Shown: positions 13,101 through 24,048 of the stretch, piece after piece
Numbering within the stretch: the stretch's first letter is position 1
Layout of the letters: every line of letters begins with the position of its first letter
Assembly: GCF_001194135.2 (NCBI RefSeq)
Contig: NC_068983.1
Span: 122,068,765 to 122,132,764, forward strand
Length of the DNA: 64,000 bases
Source of the DNA: Octopus bimaculoides
Taxonomy: Eukaryota
Direction of reading: 5' to 3'
Notes under the pieces: model-generated
The model's database searches: none
What the model saw: only the letters and a program-made list of their open reading frames with translations
Told to the model about the DNA's origin: nothing
Translations under genes and position numbers: made by a program

Positions 13101-16100
13101 ACTTCCTGAAGGGAAGAGTGTAAGTTTTTAGCATTATTTTCTCACTCTGAAAGCTTACTTTAGACAATATCCTTTACTTGACTGTTCATCCTTCACCAGA
13201 ACTAGTTCCTATACCTTACTTTAAGATTGGATGACAAATATGCATTAAATAAAATAATCGTTTATCTTTTATTTATGTCAGTCATTAGACTATGGCCATG
13301 CTGGAGCACCACCTTCAGTTTAACTGAACAAATTAATTTTTTAACTAAGCCTGGTACCTTATGCAATCAGTCTTTTTTTTTTTTTGCTGAACCATTAAGT
13401 TACAGGGATGTAAACAAACCATCACCAATTGTTAAGCAGTGGTCAGAGATGAACAGAATCACACACATATTATTTAAAACAGGTTGATTTGTCTTTATGA
13501 GGCTTAGTTTTGCAGGCTTCTGACAGAAACCTAGCACTTTCAGACTCAGATTATCGAATGGAGATATACAGAAAGTTCAAGATGGCTATTGGAAACTAGG
13601 CTGTTATTGGTTGAGGCTGATCACATGGTGTTGTTAGAAGTGAGACTGGCATTTTAGTGACACCAGATGCATCAAAATGAATTCCTTGGACCACCTGGCT
13701 AGACAGGAATCTGGTGACATCTTGATGTCTGGTGGTCCTTTCAAGGGATTTGGAAGCTGACAGAGGCAAGGCTAGTAAGAATGTGTATACCAGATGTAAT
13801 TAGTTGTAAAATAGTTAAATCTAGTTTGCAGTTGTTGAAAGTACGATAAAAATGTTAAACCTTGATTTTAAAATAAATCAAGAAATAAACTTGTACTTGT
13901 CATCTATAACATTATACACTTGTACTTATCCTCTATAACATTATACACTAAATGCTTATACTTGTATTATTTTCCAGGCACCAGACAATCATGAATTGAC
14001 AGCAGATTACTGGGAGATTATAGGTCATTCTGTAGCTGGTGGTGTTGACAATTTACTTAATGAGGTAACTTTACTTCTTAATTATCATTTGTTATATGTT
14101 TCCAACTACCCAGTCACTGGTTCACTATATTTCTAGTGGTGAGAGTACAAGGAAATATGTGAAACTTGATTGGAAAATATACCACAAGGTATTTTTGCAC
14201 TACTATATTAGTTTTTTTCCTTTTTTATTTGTGCTAATGTGTACATATTTAGCAAAGTAATGTACATTGGTATCAGCTGTATGCATACATTTTGATATAC
14301 AACCAGCTTCCATGCAGTTTCCATCTACCAAATTTCACTCACCAAGCATTGTTATACTGAGTCTATAGCAGAAGAGATTTGCTCCAAATGTTTCAAATTG
14401 AGCATGAACCTGAAGCCATGTGATTGCGAAACAATCTTAACCACGCAACCATGCCTGCACCCATGTTTCAATACTGACAATTAAATGTACATCTAAAAAT
14501 TAACATATCTTCCCTGATTAGTCTACCTGATATCTTTAAATTCCCATTATTCTCACCAATCTGAACACTCAAATCTTGTTAGCTTCGGAACATATTTTTA
14601 AAAGATTTTATTTCTAAATATATTTTTTTCTTTTAATGTTTCTGGATGTAAATCAACATCAAATTGTACTGTCTTAGTATAATTTGATTTCAGAATATAT
14701 TTTTTAAATATTGATTTTATTGAAAGCACCTAATGAAAATATTTAGGCAACAACTGACACTTCCAGTGTTACCAGACCCATTATATACTTATACTGAAAA
14801 AAGTCCAACCACTTATTGCCCGTAATGGTATTGACCAAGATCCAGCGTTTGATATAATTGATCAGTTAAATTTAAAAACAAAAGGCAAGCTATTAAGGCC
14901 TTTTGTTTTTAAATTATTTTTCTATATATTTCTATATATGTGTTTATATACAAATCTCTCTATATATAAATGAGAATGTCTGTGTGTCTGTGTGAATCCC
15001 TAAAACTCCAGAACTACACAACCAATTTCATTCAAATTTTACACGTGCCTTACTTAGGGTCCCGGTTGTGTTTTAGTCAAAAAACATTTTAAACTTTTTG
15101 CATAGTTCAAGCCCACAGCAACATAATATCTCCTCCACTATTTAAGTATTATGTGTCAAAAGTGAAACAAAAACACTCATGTCAAATACTTTCACTTTAA
15201 AAATGAAACTTTTCCACTATTTCAGTATCAAAACTGAAACAATCACATTTCGATACTGTAGTGACAGATACTTTCACTTTAATGGTTTCGTTTTCATACT
15301 GAATCTACTACAGTGAAACTATACTCTCACATATATACAGGCATACATACATATATACATACATACATGCGTATATATATCTGCACACCTCCTTTAATAT
15401 AAGCTATGTAGCTATCATGTGATGAAATAATTAGATTTAGAAGTTCAAAATCATAAAAGTAAGATCAACTTGTAAATTGCTTTTGAAATTTTATTTCAGT
15501 AATTGCTTGCTGATATGGTGAAGCTTTAAGGCTGTAAAGTGTTCTATGGAACAGGCATTCCTTTAATAATTATAAAAACAAACATTACTTTAGTAAATTT
15601 AATCTAATTAAGCTAATTATGTGCATTAGTAGTTTAAAAGATTCAGCAAATTAAAAATAAGGTAGAGGAAGGTGGGTTGTGTAAAAATCTTGATTCTGTG
15701 CCAATATTGTAAATACTTATAAAAATTTGATGACAGTATAGTGGCTGCTATTATTATTGTTGCTGTGCTAACATTGTGAGTATATATTATTTTCACAGGA
15801 TGCTCATGTTGATGTCCAGTTAGACAACAGACACATGTTAATTCGAGGAGAAAATGTAAGTATTTTTCTATCATTTTCTTACCATTGTTTTCTCTTAATT
15901 CTTCTGAATCAAATATATTTCATTTAGAAAATCATGCAGTATCATTTGACTACCAATGTGTTGCTTTCAACACAAAGATGCTTCAGTTTACAGAACTGAA
16001 TGTCCTGGAATGAAAAGGCAGCATCTGCTGAAGTTCCATGTTATATCTAGTTTTTTTGTGAATTGTTGCAGTTGACTTAACCCTTTAGCATTTAAACTGA

Positions 16101-18189
16101 CTGTATCCAGCCCAAATATTCTATCTGCTTTATGTTCAGACTAGCCACATCTGGCATGTTACACCTACCCTGTGGTGTCATTCTAAGAATAAACAATCAC
16201 ATCATTAAAGTCTCAAAGCTACGAGATAATGCATGATTAATTCAAAACAATGTGAATAAATAAGTATTAGATTTGACAGAGTAATATGAACACTAAAGGG
16301 TTAATTATTGCAACTATTTGTAAATCGTTCTATATTACTGTGATGTTTTGTTATCAATTCCATACTCCAGAATCTTCATATGCTTCCTGTATATTCAGCC
16401 TCCCCATTGGAGCAAAATTTTCACAATTATCATTAGGACATACCTACAAATCTTAGTTAAAGTGATGATGCATGAATAAAATCTTGAAAAATTTTCTTTA
16501 CTTCTTGGTCTAAACTTTCAAACACTTAATCTTAGTGAACTAACCTTTTTTTGTTTTTTTTTCCCTTTCATTTAGGTCTCAAAAGTGTTAAAGATAAGAT
16601 CAGTTTTAACTCATTGTTTTAGAGAACATTACTTTGCTGAAGGATATTTTGAGGTGAGTTGCAAAATTGTCCATGTCACATTTCATGTTGCATACACAAT
16701 GGCTGAAAAGTTATTTTACATTTAACTAAATGACATTCTTTTATTTTTTTAGCTGGTTTCAGTTGTTGGACTGTAGTCATCCTGTTTTTTTTTTTTAATG
16801 TACAATTTATTTAATAGTATAGTAGCTGGTGCAGAGAGTGACAGTGCATGGGGCAGCTGTTCATGTCAAGAGTGGTATAGAAGAGTTGAGGGCATCTGTG
16901 GCAGGGTAGAGTTGGTGGGGGACAAGGAAGTGTGAGTTGCTCTTTGTGTTTTCAACACCTGATCTCTGCCTCTTGATGTCTGTTATTTTTCATCAGGTCT
17001 CTTCCTTCAACAATGACTCACCTACTCGCTATAGATTTAATACTTGGAACATAAGTTAGTGCCACTGCCGCTGATAGTAGCTGGTATTTAATAGCTTTTC
17101 AGAGAAATAGCTAGGATACCAGTCTGCTAGTAATATGCCATAATTAGGGCCAATCTGGTCAAAAGATCCAACCTCTGTCTATAGCAGCGTTTCTCAACCA
17201 GGCTTCCTAGGAACCCTAGGGTTCTGCAAAAGGTTCCTAGAGGTTCCTTGAGAATGCTAATATTACTATACATGCACAACATATTATTGTAATATTGTAA
17301 TATAGACATCATCGCATCGCATCTATTATGTTATCAAAAAGCATAACAACCATTGGGTTGTATTTTAAGGGTTACATAAGAGTAAAAAGGTCGAGAAACA
17401 CTGATCTATAGTATCTTTCCATTTGAAGATAGGACCAGCCCAAACTTACCACCTGTTTACATTCTTTGGCACACCCAATTACTAAGGACTTAAATACTAG
17501 TCTGTATAACTTTAACCTTTATAATGAAATGTGCTGTGCGTGAGAAGACCCGGCAAGCCAAGTAAGATCGTTGCCAGTGCCCCTGGACTGGTTCTTGTGC
17601 GGGTGGCACATGAGATGCACCATTTTGAGCGTGGCCGTTGCCAGTACCGCCTGACTGGCTCCTGTAGGATTTTCGAGCGAGATCGTTGCCAGTGCCCCTG
17701 GACTGGCTTGTGCGGGTGGCACATAAAAGACACCATTTCGTGCGGGTGACACGTAAAAGCACCCACTACACTCTCTGAGTGGTTGGCGTTAGGAAGGGCA
17801 TCCAGCTGTAGAAACTCTGCCAAATCAGACTGGAGCCTGGTGTTGCCATCCGGTTTTACCAGTCCTCAGTCAAATCGTCCAACCCATGCTAGCATGGAAA
17901 GCGGACGTTAAACGATGATGATGATGATGATGATGATTGTCAAAGCAAAAGGATTAAATCCAATAATACCAGAAGCAACAGAAATATTGCCACACCTTGT
18001 GCCTACTTATCAAAAGAGAAACACCTGCAAGCTTGTTTACTAAGTTCTGCACACATGAATAAATTCTAAACAATAACATGACCACAAATTTAATCAATAA
18101 AAAAATTTTTCAAAAAGCTTTTCCATAACAACTGACTACAAAAACTTAATCACTTCCTCATTCAACCACACATTCATGCATGAACGCGT

Positions 18190-18226
<37 letters not shown>

Positions 18227-18352
18227 ATAATTTTAACTCAACAGAAACTATATAAAGGCAAGGTTAACTCTAATGCTCTGCAGTCCAGTGATAGGTTAGC
18301 TGGCCAAAACTTTGAAGTCACTGTCAATAACATTCTTGGATAAGAATAATAA

Positions 18353-18391
<39 letters not shown>

Positions 18392-21300
18392 TGCACACAC
18401 ACACTCACATGCACACACACACACACCCACACACAAATGTGTGAGTGTTTTTGCATGTGTATGCCTGTCTGTGAGAATGTTTTCATTCTCTAATTGCATA
18501 AGGTAATTTTATTGAGAATCACTATTCTGTATTCTTGAGCACTTCACTTGGTCTTCAATAAAGGATAAGCCCTTAGTAATATCTACATGGATTCAGTTTG
18601 ATTGTTTAGGTGACTTATAAGCTAAGGCTATCACTTGTGTACATTGAACTTTACACTGTGTAATACAGTTTTTGTCCTTGGATAGCAACTGTTACTTCCT
18701 ATTTGCTTACCCTTAGAAAGTATGAAAAATGGCTAATATTCCCTTCAAACTTTGTTTCTGTTACATTTATTCAAATCACAAAGAATCCCTCTCAACACAT
18801 TGCTATGATGCTCCTCCACTACTCTTGTTCATGATCAGAGATGTACATATTGTCAGCCACTAAAGGACACACTCAAGTTGTTAGGGTCAAGCAACTGACA
18901 AGCAAATCTGTGGTATTGAGCAGAATATTTGCTTTAACGGTATTTCTGCTTCAGCAACTCAGTGCTGAATCTGTCTGAAATGTAATAGAAAATGTGTTTC
19001 AAAATATTGATGTCCAGGTCACATTTCAAGTGTTGTTTCTGTTTATTGAACTTGTTTCTTCAATTTTGAAGATTACCAACATCCATTATTTAAATTTAAA
19101 CCTACTTATTGTCTATCACCTTGTTATCTAGATAACTCCCCCAGCTTTTGTCCAAACACAAGTCGAAGGTGGTGCTACATTATTTAACCTCAACTATTTT
19201 GGTGAACAGGTAAGACTAACTTGTTTCATTGATACCTCTTGAAAGCTTTATTGTATCTTCATGAGTTACATGTTTCAGTCAGATATTCCTTATTGATGAA
19301 CTTTAATAGCATGCCTTGCTATAAATAATACTGAGCTCTGTGTCGGAAAACAACTGTGCAGCTCTACAATATTTTGTAGTGCAACTGTGATGAAATATAA
19401 TATTTAACTCTTTAGAATTTAAACTGGTCATATTCAGTACAAATATTCTACTTATTTTATGTTTAAATTGGCTAGATCCAGTTTCTCACACCTATCCTAC
19501 AATGTTATTCTATAAACAAACTTTCACATCATTAAAATCTCAAAGCTACACGATAATGCATAATTTATTCAAAACAATATGAATAAATAAGCATTACATT
19601 TGACACAGTAATCTGAATGCTAAAGGTTTAATAGGGAGTTAGGTTTGGATGAATTTTACACTATTAACTATTACATCTACTTTTGTGATCAGTGTTTTAA
19701 GTTATGCTGATATAAGTAATATAAAATACGTATAACACGTTGAAAAACTACCTTTTGTTTTTATGTTAAGTTTATCTTTTTTATTAATGGTGGATCAGAT
19801 GTTTCTTCTGTAACAGAATTAGAGAGAATCTGCACCTTAAATATGTAATCCATACTTGTTCTATTTATCTGTTTCTTTATCTCTCTAGGCATATTTAACT
19901 CAGTCATCACAACTTTATTTGGAAACCTGCCTTCCATCTCTTGGTGACACATTTTGCATTGCCCCTTCATTCCGTGCTGAATTATCTCGTACAAGACGAC
20001 ATCTTTCTGAGTATGTGGAAGGATTATTTTTTTTATATTTCTATAATTCATTAGTTTTGAGTACTTAAGGTCCATAAAGCAGCTGGTTTGTATTCAATAG
20101 GTTCAAATCCTATCTGAAACTTAGTATTGTTGCTTAGCTTCATATCAACACTGATGAAAAAAGGCCTATGATTAAAGAATGACTATCCCTTTTTCCCAAA
20201 CACAGTGTTTCTATGACATACCTATCCAATCTGATCTTTCCTTTATTAAGGCAGCAGGATGTAATTTGAGAGATTTGGCTGTTATTTCCTGCTTGCCAAG
20301 TGACTATATAAAAGCTGCCATTTTAGTTTGAAACTTGGTGTGATATGTAAAGTAGCTAAGTTTAACAGTAAGTACATGGGTAAGATGTGAACCTTTAAAG
20401 AATCATGACCTGGTGTCTTGTCTGATGCACAGTGATCAACTTTATTCAAACAACTGATATTCTTCTGTATTATTTTCTTTACTATAACGTGGGTGTTGGG
20501 TGGCTATATTTATGAGATTCTTGGCTGCAATAGTGGTTTTAATTGCACAGAGGTGGTGTGGTAGTATTGATTGTAGTTGTGGAAGCAATTGTAAGTGTAC
20601 GAAGATAGCTGTTGTGATGGAACTTGTGGCTGCTGGTGGTGAGGATCTGTTGTGTGGCAATGACTAATACTCTACAGATTATAGTCTCTTGTGACTTTCT
20701 CAAATAGTATCCTGAAAAACATGATACTCTACTAACATCATTAAAACAGTACCCTTTAAAACAATAAAACCTTGCCATATATGGAAACTCCAAACTATTA
20801 CACAGCAGAAATTTACTTCTCATTGACAGCCCTGGTGCAAAATATATCCACCTATCTCATTTCATCTAGTCAAAGAAATAATGTTTACTATTGAAAAGGA
20901 CATACAGATATAAAGAAAAACAAAACAAGACTTTTCCATCATCACTATCATGTAACATTTGTTTTCCATGCTGGCATGAGTTTGGATGGTTTGACAGGAG
21001 CTGGCAAGCCAGAAGACTGCACCAAGCTTCAAGACCTTGAAAAAAGTTGTGCTTTTACATATCTATTCAATCCATACTAGCATTGGAAAATGATGAGGTT
21101 CTGGAAACAAAATTGGTTATCCACTTAGGTATAGATAGCATATACTTTATATTGTATCTGAGGTACAGTCACTGAGTGATATGGCATTATAGGTTATAGT
21201 TACTAATGGCATAGAGTGTTGAGTGGTATAGAATAACAATTGCTGAGGGTTGGATGTAATGAATGAGTCTTATAAGGTCCTCAGGCACACCCTCCTCTGG

Positions 21301-23648
21301 GTCCTATCAGAAGCAACTGTCATTACACTTTCTGGTTGAATTCCCAAATGTGATCAACCGAGACTATGGATATTATCCAACCATCTTATTTTTGGTCTAT
21401 CCTTTAGGTCTCTTAGCCATTTGATTCAGCTTGAAGAATCTTGCTTGGGATTGTTTCCTACTGTATTCTAATCGTGTCTGTAGTACTGGTGATGTATAGC
21501 AATTAAAAAGAAAGAAACTAAAAATTAGTGATGGGTGGCATTGGTGAAAGACAATAAAATAATTTTACATGTCATAAGATGTGATTTCTTGTGTCTCGTG
21601 TAGGGGTCTTCTTGAAGAGTATATATATAGCAATTAAATGGTTTAATGTATGATTTCTTTTCGTTGAACTTTATAGTCAGCCTTTCTTGTGAGCAAACAC
21701 ACATGCTTAGTTGACCACACTCAACTTCTTCCTCTCAGATTATTTAAATAATTCAGTACACTAAAATATATTTTTATGGTTAAAACGTATACAGTCTGCT
21801 TATGGGTTGAAATTTGGCAAAATATACCTAAAGTTATTAGTAATATAGGACAGATACCAAATTAATTGCAGTTTCAGATTTATTGACCTTTGTCAGAGTT
21901 TTCTTAATTCCATTGCAGTGATGGAAGAAAATTCATACCTGTGCAGATAATGCTTAAATTTACATAGATTATTGCATATCCTTCTATCACATTATCATGT
22001 TTCACTAACTGCACACTATCATATGGATATGTTTCACTAACTATACACTATCATACAACTATGTTTCATTAACCACACACCATCATACAACCATGTTTCA
22101 CTGCCTGCACTATCACACATCTGCATTTTACTGGCCATCCAACATTACAGAGCTATATTTCACCAACCATAAATCATCATCCCATTATGTTTCACTGACT
22201 ATACATTATAACAGTAATATTTCACTAATCATACACTATCATGCAACTGTTTCACAATCTATACACTATTATCAACACTACATATTACAAATGCCAGCTG
22301 AAAACTTCTTACTCTATTTTTATTTCATCATGTTTATTTTATCAATCTATCTCACTAATAATTATGGTTTCCTTGTTTTCCTGCCAGGTACACACATGTA
22401 GAAGCTGAGTGTCCTTTCATTACATTTGATGAGCTTCTTGATCGTGTGGAATATCTAGTCTGTGATGTTGTTGACAGAGTGTTAAAATCTCCTCTTGGAC
22501 ATCTTGTCCATGAACTGAATCCAGTAAGTATCTTTAGATATATTTCTGATAGTATTTTATAAAACGCAGCCTCAGCACATGGCAACTGAAATCACTATGG
22601 TATAAATAAAGTCATAATTAGTGAGGTCATTGTTGCAAACTATTTTGTTATGGGTGAAATGTTGTTGTCAATGCGTATTTTATCTGTTTGTCAACCAATA
22701 TTTTCATACATAATGAAAAATCAATTTTTTTAGTACAAAAATATGTACAACTGAAATTACCTCAAAAACCATCCCCAATTCACTTTTATCTTCATAGATT
22801 TATTTATATTCTTTAGCATTTGTAACAGATTTTATATAAAAACAATTCTTATAATAAAAACCATCAAATATGAAGTGGGATTGTTATATATTTTTAAACC
22901 AAGTTGACCATGACTAACAGCATAAATGAAACATGTTTAAGGACATGTTATAATCTCTTTGAGGCTTATATTGGGAAATTTCACTCCCTTCTAGTTGACA
23001 TTCTCAAAGTCATATCTATGTATTTATTATTACATTTTTTTCCAGACTTTCCAACCTCCTAAACGTCCTTTCAGAAGAATGGCTTATAAAGATGCTATTG
23101 AATATCTAAAGGAGCATGACATTCGAAAAGAGGATGGTACTTTCTATGAATTTGGAGAGGTTAGTATCATTGGATATAAATGAGTCAACCCCTGTGTTAG
23201 TTATTTAATAATTTAGATTGTATCAATTGTATTATCTTCAGGTTTCATATATAAAACCTATGGAAAGTAAGTTACTATACTAACTATACTCAAGTGTTCC
23301 CTTGAATGGTAGATTTAATTTATTGCCCAATTTAATACTGCCATCTAACCCTTTGATGCCTTTAGCAGAATCCCTCCTGGTGATGATCCTATTAAATGAC
23401 TTAGCATGTAATGACTAATTATATTCTTGGTTTTGACCTTTACTCATCTCTTTTACCACTGTCAACTCAGGTAATATGTAATTCCTTCTATAATAGTTTA
23501 GTGTAGGCAGTCTAAGAGAACAAGGATAGCAAAACATAAATGATATACGTTAGAGGCCTGGTAAATCAGGTGAGCTAACCTCTAGGCCAGTGGTTCCCAA
23601 CTTGAGGTTCGCAAAAGTAGTACTAGGGGTCCGTGAAGTAAATTCAAA

Positions 23649-23696
<48 letters not shown>

Positions 23697-24001
23697 NNNN
23701 NNNNNNNNNNNNNNNNNNNNNNNNNNNNNNNNNNNNNNNNNNNNNNNNNNNNNNNNNNNNNNNNNNNNNNNNNNNNNNNNNNNNNNNNNNNNNNNNNNNN
23801 NNNNNNNNNNNNNNNNNNNNNNNNNNNNNNNNNNNNNNNNNNNNNNNNNNNNNNNNNNNNNNNNNNNNNNNNNNNNNNNNNNNNNNNNNNNNNNNNNNNN
23901 NNNNNNNNNNNNNNNNNNNNNNNNNNNNNNNNNNNNNNNNNNNNNNNNNNNNNNNNNNNNNNNNNNNNNNNNNNNNNNNNNNNNNNNNNNNNNNNNNNNN
24001 N

Positions 24002-24048
<47 letters not shown>

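Noticed and set aside
15414-15520. Possible intronic C/D snoRNA (GTGATGA...CTGA) in NARS1; similar weak candidate at ~20150-20235
   Set aside because: The terminal stem does not fit k-turn geometry and I could not recognise an rRNA guide; snoscan/Infernal would be needed.
17560-17770. Repeat-spacer-like pattern resembling a CRISPR array
   Set aside because: The units are degenerate copies of each other with no unique spacers, there are no cas genes, and the context is a eukaryotic LINE UTR.
17490-17823. Recurrent peptide [28 protein letters not shown] at about six loci, suggesting a gene family
   Set aside because: It is the antisense reading of the same LINE 3' tail and recurs only because the copies are near-identical.
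19761-20075. 104-aa - strand ORF suggesting a nested gene
   Set aside because: It is the antisense shadow of the NARS1 motif-2 exon.
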